DNA of 64,000 bases from Minisyncoccota bacterium (lineage in GTDB: Bacteria; Patescibacteriota; Minisyncoccia; Phycocordibacterales; UBA1006): assembly GCA_022763365.1 (NCBI GenBank), contig JALEGN010000017.1, positions 96 to 64,095 of the forward strand, in the 5' to 3' direction. This document shows, piece by piece, positions 8,272 through 17,019 of the stretch (its first letter is position 1; each line of letters opens with the position of its first letter). The position numbers and the translations under genes were made by a program. A model generated the notes under the pieces. It searched no databases, had not been told where the DNA came from, and saw nothing but the letters and a program-made list of their open reading frames with translations.

Positions 8272-8316
8272 AAAAAACCACTCTAGGAATAGGGTGGTTT
8301 TTGATATACTTTGTAC
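8272..8316 (+). repeat. Partial repeat copy 8 (hairpin + promoter, no tRNA-like fragment)
   Basis: AAAAAACCACTCTAGGAATAGGGTGGTTTTTGATATACT-N6-ATG. Confidence 0.85.
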
Positions 8317-8844
8317 ATGAAAAAAATAATTCATAAATATCTACCAGAATTCGTGTATGGTTCTGTTGATGGTGTTGTCACAACCGTTGCAATCATTACC
8401 GGTGCTGTTGGGGCAGGGCTATCTTCATCAGTAATATTTGTTCTTGGGATTGCAAACGTTTTAGCTGATGCGTGGTCTATGGGATCAAGTGAGTACCTTT
8501 CCTCAATTTCTGAAAATCAACTAGAGAATAATTCAGTCAACGGAGAAGACGGTAATCAGAAAAAGCCTTTATCAAAAGGGGTTGCTACCTTCGTTTCTTT
8601 CGTACTTGTCGGACTGTTGCCAATTTTGCCATTTTTATTCAGTATCTTTTTTGATGAACTTCAGGGAATTGATATTTGGCTTTCAATGCTGTGTGCTTTA
8701 TGTGCGTTTATCTTGATTGGTTATATTGGGGCTCAGATTGCAAGAGTCTCTCACATTAAAAATATTCTTAGGACGGTATTCGTAGGAACTATAGCTGCTG
8801 GAATTTCGTTTTTGGTAGGATACCTATTGCGAGGAATAGCCTAA
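8317..8844 (+). CDS. VIT1/CCC1-family Fe/Mn transporter
   Basis: EFVYGSVDGVVT...ANVLADAWSMGSSEYLS motif. Confidence 0.88.
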   Translation: MKKIIHKYLPEFVYGSVDGVVTTVAIITGAVGAGLSSSVIFVLGIANVLADAWSMGSSEYLSSISENQLENNSVNGEDGNQKKPLSKGVATFVSFVLVGLLPILPFLFSIFFDELQGIDIWLSMLCALCAFILIGYIGAQIARVSHIKNILRTVFVGTIAAGISFLVGYLLRGIA

Positions 8845-8870
8845 AAATAATACCTTTTCTAGGATTTTTA

Positions 8871-8893
8871 TTTTTGCAAAATTTTTGCAAAAA
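8871..8893. promoter_or_regulatory. Palindromic operator candidate (TGCAAAA-N-TTTTGCA)
   Basis: TTTTTGCAAAATTTTTGCAAAAA upstream of the COG0523 gene; similar 15-mer at 10952-10966. Confidence 0.45.
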
Positions 8894-8918
8894 ATATTAA
8901 TATTGATACAGTGCATGT

Positions 8919-10001
8919 ATGGAAAATAATATGCAAAAAAATCCTGTACCAGTAACCGTGTTATCTGGTTTCCTTGGGGCAGGAAAAACAACATTATTAA
9001 ATAGTATTTTAAAAAATCGGCAGGGAATGAGAGTCGCGGTTATCGTTAATGACATGAGTGAAGTTAATATTGATGCCGAGTTGGTTGAAAATAACGAGGT
9101 AGCTCTTGATCGAACTGAAGAGAAACTGGTTGAAATGTCTAATGGTTGTATTTGTTGTACCTTACGTGAAGATTTATTGATTGAGGTATCACGTCTAGCG
9201 CAAGAAGGAAAATTTGATGCGATTGTTATTGAATCCAGTGGTATTTCAGAGCCGTTACCAGTAGCTGAAACATTTACCTTTGAAGACGAAAATGGATTTA
9301 TGCTTAATCATACAGCACGTTTAGACACAATGGTTTCGGTTGTTGATACAAAAAATATTTTTACCTATCTTGCGACGGTTGATACTCTAGCTGATTTAGA
9401 TATGGCGGCTGTTCCTGAGGATGAACGAACACTTGCTCATTTACTCGTCGATCAAATCGAGTTTGCTGATGTTATTATCCTTTCAAAAATTGACCTTGTT
9501 TCTAAAGAAGAAATAAGAAAGGTAAAAGATGTTATTGCCAAACTTAATCCTGACGCCAAGATTTATGAAATATCATATGGAAATATTGATTTGGAAAAAA
9601 TTATTAATACTGGATTATTTGATTTTGATAGAGCTGCAAACAACGCAGGGTGGTTAAAAGAATTACGTGGTGAACATATTCCAGAAACAGAAGAGTACGG
9701 TATCTCAAGCTTTGTGTTTGAATCTCAAAAACAATTTGATCATGATAAGTTAGCTGAAATTCTTCAGGACGATACTACGCTTACCGGCGTTGTTCGATCA
9801 AAGGGATTTGTCTGGATAGATAAAGAACCAGAGCGAGCTATGTTATGGAACCATGCAGGAAACATTATGAATATTGATCCGTATGGATTTTGGACAGCAG
9901 ACGAAAGTGGTAAAAAAAATCCGCATCAAAAAATAGTCTTTATTGGCGTTGATATGGATAAAGAACTAATACATCGAAAATTAAATGAAGCATTAATTTA
10001 A
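8919..10001 (+). CDS. COG0523 (CobW/YciC/ZigA-family) metallochaperone GTPase
   Basis: SGFLGAGKTT, EMSNGCICCTLREDL, IESSGISEP, CobW C-terminal RSKG. Confidence 0.92.
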   Translation: MENNMQKNPVPVTVLSGFLGAGKTTLLNSILKNRQGMRVAVIVNDMSEVNIDAELVENNEVALDRTEEKLVEMSNGCICCTLREDLLIEVSRLAQEGKFDAIVIESSGISEPLPVAETFTFEDENGFMLNHTARLDTMVSVVDTKNIFTYLATVDTLADLDMAAVPEDERTLAHLLVDQIEFADVIILSKIDLVSKEEIRKVKDVIAKLNPDAKIYEISYGNIDLEKIINTGLFDFDRAANNAGWLKELRGEHIPETEEYGISSFVFESQKQFDHDKLAEILQDDTTLTGVVRSKGFVWIDKEPERAMLWNHAGNIMNIDPYGFWTADESGKKNPHQKIVFIGVDMDKELIHRKLNEALI

Positions 10002-10043
10002 TACATTTGTATTAAATAAGTATTTTATTAATATTGAAACTAT

Positions 10044-10889
10044 ATGAGAATTGCATTTATAGGAAAAGGAGGAAGCGGAAAAAGTAGTGTCAGTTGGATG
10101 ATGGCTAATACTATTGCTGATAAAAAAGGATATGTTTGCGCCATTGATGCGGATCATAATATGGATTTAACCAGTCATTTTAATTTTGATTTTACTGATC
10201 AAACTAATACCTTTCATCGATTGCATGATGATTTTCGTTTGGAGGTGGGACAAAAGGAAGATAAAGCTTGGTCCAATATTGTATTAGATGGCAGAATCTT
10301 ACCTCAATTCACAGTAGGTCAAGAGGCTGATACTTACTCAGAGCGTGTTAAACATACAATCAATGATACAACTGATTTAATGATTGTTGGTTTAGGTGCT
10401 GATGATGTCCTCTATTCACAGCGTTGTGCCCATGGCCACTCTGCATCGTTAAAATATTATCTATCTCTCGTAGATGCTCGTAATTCATATATTGTTATTG
10501 ATGGTGTTGCAGGTGCGGATATGTTACATGCAGGAGTGTATGTGGCCGTTGATTTTCTTTCGATAATTGTTGAGCCACAACCAAACAGTATTCGGGTAGC
10601 TAAGCAATTACGATCTATTGCGCAAGAGCTAAAAATTCCTTTCTGTATTATCGTTAACAAGGCTGCAGAAAATAAATTCCTTGATGAAATCAATCAAGAG
10701 TTTGTTGATTCAATTGTCGGATATATTCCGGTAGACACCAGTATTATTCATGGAGATTTCTCAGGTATAACAGCTGATACAAAGAAAGTACTTGAAGATA
10801 TTTTAGAGTCTTTTGAAGAACGATTTTCTTATTCTGATACCTTGCCGAGGCTTCAAAAATTTGAACAAAGTCGTTTAGAAAATAAATAA
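10044..10889 (+). CDS. CooC-like (MinD/ParA superfamily) ATPase
   Basis: IAFIGKGGSGKS, IDAD, CAH metal motif, VIDGVAG. Confidence 0.75.
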   Translation: MRIAFIGKGGSGKSSVSWMMANTIADKKGYVCAIDADHNMDLTSHFNFDFTDQTNTFHRLHDDFRLEVGQKEDKAWSNIVLDGRILPQFTVGQEADTYSERVKHTINDTTDLMIVGLGADDVLYSQRCAHGHSASLKYYLSLVDARNSYIVIDGVAGADMLHAGVYVAVDFLSIIVEPQPNSIRVAKQLRSIAQELKIPFCIIVNKAAENKFLDEINQEFVDSIVGYIPVDTSIIHGDFSGITADTKKVLEDILESFEERFSYSDTLPRLQKFEQSRLENK

Positions 10890-10951
10890 TACTTACAAAA
10901 AAACAATTGTGTATGATTGTTTTTTTTTGTATTATAAATAAAGAATTTCTT

Positions 10952-10966
10952 TGCAAAAAATTTGCA
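10952..10966. promoter_or_regulatory. Second TGCAAA-N3-TTTGCA palindrome
   Basis: TGCAAAAAATTTGCA upstream of ORF 11023. Confidence 0.4.
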
Positions 10967-11022
10967 TTTAATATCCTTTCAATTATTATTGTATCTAAGT
11001 AAAACAACTAAAATTTAATAGT

Positions 11023-11715
11023 ATGTGTCATGTAGCAACTGGAGCGAATTATGATCGCCCGATTAACCAAAAAGATGTAGGAATTGTAAAAGAGCAATAT
11101 CCTGAAGTTAACCCAAAAGTAATTGATGAGCTTTATGCAGCAATTACTGATAATCACACACCGCAACCGGCCGTATTGATTGCCCTTACGGAATTATTTT
11201 CTCGAGGTAAACGTAAAGACAATGGTTTGTATGACTGGCCAGTTATTCCCTTTAGTGCACTTGAGCTTCAAACATGGAAGCGCATCCAGACTAAAGAAAT
11301 GCTTGCTTTTCACTCGGTCTTTGAGTCAATGGCCTTGGCTCAGCGTAATATGCAGTTAGTAAATGCAGTCTTCAATAAATATGGACTTCAATTTATTTTA
11401 TTTTGCGATTGCGGCTGTGGTGCGCCAGAACTGTCGCTGGATGTATTTAATACTCAAGAGTATCAAATGATTAATGCCGTGCGCTCTGAATTTGAGGCCT
11501 TAGGAACCGAAATAGTCATTGTTGAGTCATTTAATGATCCATTATGGTTTGAACGTGATCTTGATATGGGTGACGCTGAAGTAACATCGTATCAGAGAAT
11601 GTGGGAGGTATTGAATCTTTTACCTAAACATGAATTTAAACAATTCAGCAATCACGCACAGCGTGGCATGGAGTATTTGTATAAAATAGCAGTGAATAAA
11701 GAAGTAACTATCTAA
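11023..11715 (+). CDS. Hypothetical protein with MCH N-terminus and CDCGC motif
   Basis: 230-aa ORF followed by a terminator; Cys/His motifs suggest metal binding. Confidence 0.65.
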   Translation: MCHVATGANYDRPINQKDVGIVKEQYPEVNPKVIDELYAAITDNHTPQPAVLIALTELFSRGKRKDNGLYDWPVIPFSALELQTWKRIQTKEMLAFHSVFESMALAQRNMQLVNAVFNKYGLQFILFCDCGCGAPELSLDVFNTQEYQMINAVRSEFEALGTEIVIVESFNDPLWFERDLDMGDAEVTSYQRMWEVLNLLPKHEFKQFSNHAQRGMEYLYKIAVNKEVTI

Positions 11716-11746
11716 TTCTATACATCATTATTGTTTAAAATTACAT

Positions 11747-11770
11747 AAACCGACTGAGGTCGGTTTTTTA
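11747..11770 (+). terminator. Intrinsic terminator
   Basis: AAACCGAC-tgag-GTCGGTTTTTT. Confidence 0.75.
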
Positions 11771-11806
11771 TTTGAGAATTTTTTCAAAAAATGAAATAAT
11801 GATTCT

Positions 11807-11977
11807 ATGTGTGTAGTATGTCAAAACTCAGTACCTCATCCAGGATTAGAAGAAGTTCCCATGTATGTAAGTCTTCTACAGGGAATGGCCATGTTCTTAT
11901 TCGGGTTATGGTTATTGCATCGAGATAGGGTACACAGATTTTTATATCAAACGATAAAAATAGATAAGAAGCAATAA
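11807..11977 (+). CDS. Small protein not in the ORF track (56 aa; CxxC, His, one TM)
   Basis: Manual translation MCVVCQNSVPHPGLEEVPMYVSLLQGMAMFLFGLWLLHRDRVHRFLYQTIKIDKKQ; fills the gap between the terminator and the lexA promoter. Confidence 0.5.
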   Translation: MCVVCQNSVPHPGLEEVPMYVSLLQGMAMFLFGLWLLHRDRVHRFLYQTIKIDKKQ

Positions 11978-12016
11978 TTAAAAACAACTTTATATAAAAG
12001 TTGTTTTTAATATGAC

Positions 12017-12045
12017 TTGATAGTGAACGAACGTTCATATATGAT
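12017..12045 (+). promoter_or_regulatory. lexA promoter with SOS box
   Basis: -35 TTGATA (12017), 17 bp, -10 TATGAT (12040); TGAAC-GAAC-GTTCA (12024-12037) fits the GAAC-N4-GTTC LexA box. Confidence 0.8.
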
Positions 12046-12052
12046 ATAAAAT

Positions 12053-12619
12053 ATGAATCATAGTGTAAAAAAAATATATTCCTTTTTAAAAAATAAATCA
12101 CGTATGCCAAGTTATACCGAGATTGCATCTCTCTATGGATTTAAATCGAAAAATGCGGCATATAATCTGGTTAAAAAATTTATCCATAAAGGAGAACTCT
12201 CTAAAGATTCAGCTGGTAAAATCATTCCACATAACGATTATCAAAAAATTGCCCTCCTTGGTTCTATTTCAGCTGGATTTCCAGGAGCAGGTGAAGAGGT
12301 GATGCATGAGGCAATGTCATTGGATGACTGGGTCATTACTGACCCTGATGCGAGTTACCTTCTTCAGGTGGAAGGGGATTCCATGATTGATGCTGGTATT
12401 CATAAGGGAGATTATGTTGTTGCTGAAATGACAACTAATTTTAAACCAGGAATGATTGTTGTTGCTGAGATTGACGGAGAGTGGACACTAAAATATTTGA
12501 GAGTAAAAAATAACAGGCAATATCTTGAGGCAGCGAATGACAGCTATCCTGATATGCATCCTAAAAAAGAACTTGTTCTCCATGCTAGGGTAACGGGTGT
12601 CGTCCGCAAGTATGACTAA
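12053..12619 (+). CDS. lexA: LexA-family repressor (peptidase S24)
   Basis: HTH MPSYTEIA; Ala-Gly cleavage site ISAGFP; catalytic GDSM and TLK. Confidence 0.88.
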   Translation: MNHSVKKIYSFLKNKSRMPSYTEIASLYGFKSKNAAYNLVKKFIHKGELSKDSAGKIIPHNDYQKIALLGSISAGFPGAGEEVMHEAMSLDDWVITDPDASYLLQVEGDSMIDAGIHKGDYVVAEMTTNFKPGMIVVAEIDGEWTLKYLRVKNNRQYLEAANDSYPDMHPKKELVLHARVTGVVRKYD

Positions 12620-13877
12620 TATTTATATTCATATTGATGCGGATGCTTTTTTTGCATCGGTTGAACAATGTTTACATAGAGAGTTGCGTGGTAAACCTAT
12701 TGTGACCGGTCGTGATGGTTCAGTTGCGGTTGCTATGAGTTATGAGGCAAAGGCACTTGGTGTAGAGCGAGCGATGCCAATTCACCTAATTAGAGAAGAA
12801 TTTCCTATGGTTCAGATGGTAGCTTCTGATTATTTCATGTATCGAATTTTTTCAGCACGAATGCAGCGAATTATTAAACAATATATACCGGAAATTACTC
12901 AGAGTAGTATTGATGAATGTCACGGAGATATTTCAGATGATGTTCAAGATTTTCAGGAAGCAAAGGAACTTGCTCTTAATATTAAACAAGAGCTTGAGTT
13001 AAAATTAGGATGTACCTTTTCAATCGGTATATCCTCATCACCTTTGTTAGCAAAAATGGCTTCAGGCATACATAAACCATCAGGATTGACTATTATTGAT
13101 ACTCAAAATAATAGAGATTATGTAGGCTATCCAATTAAAAAAGTAAATGGACTAGGAACACAATTGTGTAAACGATTATCAGGTTTTGGTATTGTTTATA
13201 TTCGAGATTTTATTCGTGAATATCCTCGCATCAGAAAGAATTTTTCAGTGGTGACTGACGATATTTTTTATCAACTACAGGGATATCCACCATTACGGAA
13301 TAGTAAAAAGGAAGATCAAAAAAGTATGAATCGTGCTCGATCATTTAAGGTCTCGTTTAGCCGAGATGAGGTATATGGACAGTTAGTATTAAATCTTGAA
13401 TCATTATTAAAAAAAATGAGGCGCCAGAACATGCTTGCTAAAACAGTACACGTTTCCTTGGGTGATATTGAGCGTAAACGTGTATCTTCTAAAATACGTT
13501 TAGATACAGCAAGTCGTGACCCTGATAACATCGGTTTTATTGCACAAACATTATTTAATAAAATATATATTAATAATAAAGGATATCGTTATGTTTCAGT
13601 AACACTCTCTGGTCTTATTAAAAAGGATTATCTGCAAATTGATTTGTTTGGAGAGAGTATCAATAGTGAAAAAAGAGAAGGTATGTATTCAGCTATTGAT
13701 ATCCTTGATGCAAAATTTGGAAAACCAGTTATTCGTTTGGCTAGTACTTTAACAACCCCCCAATCTCTGAGTTCACATATTAACAAAGAAGAGAATATTA
13801 TTACCTATCAAAACCCGCTCCTAAAAGGAGAAACATTTTATAGGCGTGTTCGCTATCCTTACCTTGGGATGATTTAA
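12612..13877 (+). CDS. Y-family DNA polymerase (DinB/UmuC-like)
   Basis: HIDADAFFASVEQ, SYEAK, SIDE, LAKMAS, QIDLF clamp motif; the ATG overlaps the end of lexA. Confidence 0.9.
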   Translation: MTNIYIHIDADAFFASVEQCLHRELRGKPIVTGRDGSVAVAMSYEAKALGVERAMPIHLIREEFPMVQMVASDYFMYRIFSARMQRIIKQYIPEITQSSIDECHGDISDDVQDFQEAKELALNIKQELELKLGCTFSIGISSSPLLAKMASGIHKPSGLTIIDTQNNRDYVGYPIKKVNGLGTQLCKRLSGFGIVYIRDFIREYPRIRKNFSVVTDDIFYQLQGYPPLRNSKKEDQKSMNRARSFKVSFSRDEVYGQLVLNLESLLKKMRRQNMLAKTVHVSLGDIERKRVSSKIRLDTASRDPDNIGFIAQTLFNKIYINNKGYRYVSVTLSGLIKKDYLQIDLFGESINSEKREGMYSAIDILDAKFGKPVIRLASTLTTPQSLSSHINKEENIITYQNPLLKGETFYRRVRYPYLGMI

Positions 13878-13938
13878 ACTGGGGATAAGATTTGTTATAT
13901 TTTCAAAGCTCTGTATATACTGTTAAAAATTAAAAATT

Positions 13939-14472
13939 ATGGAACTTACGGTTATCTTATTTTATATAAGTAAACATAAACCCCCCAAATCAAAACAATG
14001 CAATATAGACGAAGTCATGAATATTATTGAAAATACTCACTACTATGACCATGACGAAGTTGCCGGATCCATTGGATATCCTGATAGGCACTGGATTAAT
14101 CGATTCATTGATAAATCACTTGTTCATGCTTTTGACCCTGAACAAAAAAAACTCATTTTTACTGACGGCGAAGAATGGAAGCAAGTCTTAGGCGAAGAAG
14201 CATACAGTTATTCAAATCAAGCACGTTCCTTATTTCTTCAGTTCACAAGCAATAATTATCTTCATCAAAAATTTGTAAATATACTAGAACGTTATACAGA
14301 AAAGGAACATGAAAAACTTATTTTCTATGATTATGTTATTGATGAAGAAGGGTATCAAGAAATAAAACAACGATTACGTCAGCCTTTTGATGCTAGCAAA
14401 AAAATACAACAGGTATTTGGAAATATTCTTCCGAAAAGAAGAGCGAAAAAGAAAAAACAACAACAAAAATAA
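13939..14472 (+). CDS. Hypothetical protein
   Basis: 177-aa ORF with a basic C-terminal tail, followed by a hairpin at 14471-14491. Confidence 0.55.
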   Translation: MELTVILFYISKHKPPKSKQCNIDEVMNIIENTHYYDHDEVAGSIGYPDRHWINRFIDKSLVHAFDPEQKKLIFTDGEEWKQVLGEEAYSYSNQARSLFLQFTSNNYLHQKFVNILERYTEKEHEKLIFYDYVIDEEGYQEIKQRLRQPFDASKKIQQVFGNILPKRRAKKKKQQQK

Positions 14473-14508
14473 GCACCTTTTTAAGGTGCTTTGTTATACT
14501 AGAAATAT

Positions 14509-15228
14509 ATGAAAATTATTTTTGCCCCATCAAAAAGTAAAGAAATGACTGCTTATGATAATCAGACAGCAACCAAGATACTTTTTCCTCAAAAATCAAA
14601 AGAGATCTTAAAGAGGATGAAGTTACTGAGCAAAAAAGAACTTGCCACTATACTATCGATTAAGAATAATATTCTTGATCAAACATATTCCCAGTATCAA
14701 GATTCAGTTTACGGAACTGCTCTCACGAGTTTTATTGGAACATCATTCAAAGAATTATCTGTAGAGGGTTATTCAAAAGAAGAACGAGAATACCTTAGAG
14801 ATAATTTGAGAATTCTCTCTGCAGTCTATGGCATTATTCAACCCTTTGATTCTATTGCGGCGCATAGGCTTGATATGAACGATAAGATTTTTTATAAGGA
14901 TGATGAATATAAAAATCTATATGAATATTGGCAGAATGAAGTAAGTAACTATTTTAGTAGTGAAAAAAATATTTTAAACCTTGCTTCCAGTGAATATGCA
15001 AAAATGCTCGGTGATAATCCTAATATTATTAATGTAGATTTTTATATTCTCAAAAACAAAAAATTAAAAAGTATTTCAGTCTATGCAAAACAAGAGCGCG
15101 GGAAGATGCTCGATTTTTGTATTAAAAACAAACTTACTCAACCCGAGCACGTAAAAAAATATACAAGTGACTTTATTTTTTCAGAACAAGAATCAGATTC
15201 TCATAACTATGTATTTATTAAAAAATGA
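14509..15228 (+). CDS. yaaA: YaaA/DUF328 peroxide stress resistance protein
   Basis: APSKSK, LRILSAVYG, HRLDM, NLASSEY, AKQERGKM. Confidence 0.85.
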   Translation: MKIIFAPSKSKEMTAYDNQTATKILFPQKSKEILKRMKLLSKKELATILSIKNNILDQTYSQYQDSVYGTALTSFIGTSFKELSVEGYSKEEREYLRDNLRILSAVYGIIQPFDSIAAHRLDMNDKIFYKDDEYKNLYEYWQNEVSNYFSSEKNILNLASSEYAKMLGDNPNIINVDFYILKNKKLKSISVYAKQERGKMLDFCIKNKLTQPEHVKKYTSDFIFSEQESDSHNYVFIKK

Positions 15229-15243
15229 TATACTGATATCGTT

Positions 15244-15672
15244 ATGAAATTTGTACGTTTATTTATCATTGCTTGTATTGTCGGTGCAGTAGGGTACTGC
15301 TTTTTTGCACAGAAAAAAGCGCTTGCTCCAACTGAACCTCAGCAAATTCAAGATGAAGAACCTTTAGTTGATGAAAATAATATGCCGCTTGGCGACGAGT
15401 TGCCAACGCGGGGAAGTGATTTTATTGAGCCAGTAAGATTTAGTGGAGAATACCAAGAATATGGAACAGGATGTTTTGCAGATGGTGAATGTTACGCAAT
15501 TGTTGATGGTAAACGGATTACGACTATTGTTGGTTGGGCACCAGGTCCGGTAGGACGTTTTGAGGATCCTGACATACCATTTGGGACTACTGTTGAGGTG
15601 TATGCATTACCTACTGATGATGGGCGTTACACTCTTTACGGTTCAAATGATTACTATATACGACCACTATAA
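15244..15672 (+). CDS. Hypothetical membrane-anchored protein
   Basis: N-terminal TM; GCFADGEC motif. Confidence 0.65.
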   Translation: MKFVRLFIIACIVGAVGYCFFAQKKALAPTEPQQIQDEEPLVDENNMPLGDELPTRGSDFIEPVRFSGEYQEYGTGCFADGECYAIVDGKRITTIVGWAPGPVGRFEDPDIPFGTTVEVYALPTDDGRYTLYGSNDYYIRPL

Positions 15673-15692
15673 AAACCGCTCAAGCGGTTTTT
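15671..15692. terminator. Bidirectional terminator
   Basis: AAAAACCGCT-ca-AGCGGTTTTT between convergent genes. Confidence 0.7.
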
Positions 15693-16128
15693 ATTCTGCA
15701 TGATAATCAGCTAGGAGTTCAGAGGAACTCCGTACCTTACCACCATGTCCAACATTAAATTCCATTTTAATATTATGTTCATTACAGAAAATGAACTCAG
15801 GTATATCATCAGCAAAACGATCACCACCATTGGCAAAAATATGAGGCATAATCTTTTCAAGTGCTTTGCAGACACTTTTGTCTGAGTCGTTCATACTATG
15901 TTTCGTTATAATAACTTCATCTACGCACTCGAAAGCTTCAAGAATTTCTTTTCGATCTTGCTCGTTCATAAAATTTTTACCTTTTTTAGTTTGTAACCAG
16001 TTATCATTATTTATAATAACAACAAGGCGATCACCAAGTTTTTTTGCTTCTTGTAAATACCGTACGTGGCCAATATGTATTGGGTCAAAGCCGCCTGAGA
16101 CAGCAACAGTAATTGGTTTTTCATTCAT
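15691..16128 (-). CDS. Cytidylyltransferase-family (HIGH) nucleotidyltransferase
   Basis: SGGFDPIHIGH, FANGGDR, KVRSSS. Confidence 0.85.
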   Translation of the reverse strand: MNEKPITVAVSGGFDPIHIGHVRYLQEAKKLGDRLVVIINNDNWLQTKKGKNFMNEQDRKEILEAFECVDEVIITKHSMNDSDKSVCKALEKIMPHIFANGGDRFADDIPEFIFCNEHNIKMEFNVGHGGKVRSSSELLADYHAE

Positions 16129-16231
16129 AGAAAATTATGTAATTGCTTAGAGTAAATAAACCTGAATTCATATCTTGGAAACCTTTTCTTATCAACATGC
16201 ATAGTATAACAGGTATTGTTATACTGTAGCT

Positions 16232-17014
16232 ATGAAGAATTACGACACCTTATTTTTTGATTTAGATGGTACTTTGGCTGAATCTAAACGAGCTATTAAT
16301 GCTGAAATGGCTGAAACGCTTTCTCACGCTAGTCAATCCTTACGTATTGTGATTATTACTGGTGGTATACTTAAGCAGATTCGTACGCAGGTAATTGATA
16401 ACCTACTGAAAGATGCCCAATTAGAAAATGTTTATATTATGCCAACCAGTGGATCAAGTATGTATAGGTATAATAAGGTTAATCAAGTATGGGATATGGT
16501 GTATGAACATGTACTCACTCAAAAACAAAAAGATTTAATTATCTCGAGTCTTAGACATACTTTAGACAATCAAGTATCGTTTACCATTTCTCCAGATGAA
16601 CTTATTGGTGAACAAATCGAGGATCGCGAGACACAAATAACACTCTCTGCTTTAGGGCAACAACAACCAATTGAGGTAAAGCAAAATTGGGACCCTGATC
16701 AAAGGAAGCGTAGGGAACTTGTAGGTTTCCTTAATCATCTTAAAGATGATTTTGATATAAAAATAGGAGGAACAACTTCAGTAGATATTACGCTTAAAGG
16801 TATTGATAAGGCTTTTGGGATTAATGAGTTCTATAAACATACAGGCTTTGATATCAACAAAGGTCTCTTTATTGGAGACCAAATAATTCCTGGAGGGAAC
16901 GACTATGCAGCAACGAAGACAGTCATCGAGACTTATAATACCTCTGGTCCTGAAGAAACCATGACTCTTATCAATAGGATTCTTGAAGATGGTATAAAAG
17001 ACGTGGTATCATAA
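16232..17014 (+). CDS. HAD-IIB phosphomannomutase (eukaryotic PMM-like)
   Basis: FFDLDGTL, IEDR, IGGTTSVDIT, DKAF, IGDQIIPGGND. Confidence 0.85.
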   Translation: MKNYDTLFFDLDGTLAESKRAINAEMAETLSHASQSLRIVIITGGILKQIRTQVIDNLLKDAQLENVYIMPTSGSSMYRYNKVNQVWDMVYEHVLTQKQKDLIISSLRHTLDNQVSFTISPDELIGEQIEDRETQITLSALGQQQPIEVKQNWDPDQRKRRELVGFLNHLKDDFDIKIGGTTSVDITLKGIDKAFGINEFYKHTGFDINKGLFIGDQIIPGGNDYAATKTVIETYNTSGPEETMTLINRILEDGIKDVVS

Positions 17015-17019
17015 AGACT

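Noticed and set aside
1561-8316. CRISPR array interpretation of the repeats
   Set aside because: Intervals are 0.3-2.9 kb of whole genes, copies are ~76 bp and degenerate, and no cas genes are present.
1561-8316. Classical integron attC sites
   Set aside because: No RYYYAAC...GTTRRRY ends enclosing one long bulged hairpin; no IntI in the window; each unit has its own promoter and terminator.
11805-12128. Minus-strand 107-aa ORF
   Set aside because: Overlaps the lexA start and promoter; the + strand small ORF at 11807 fits the gap better.
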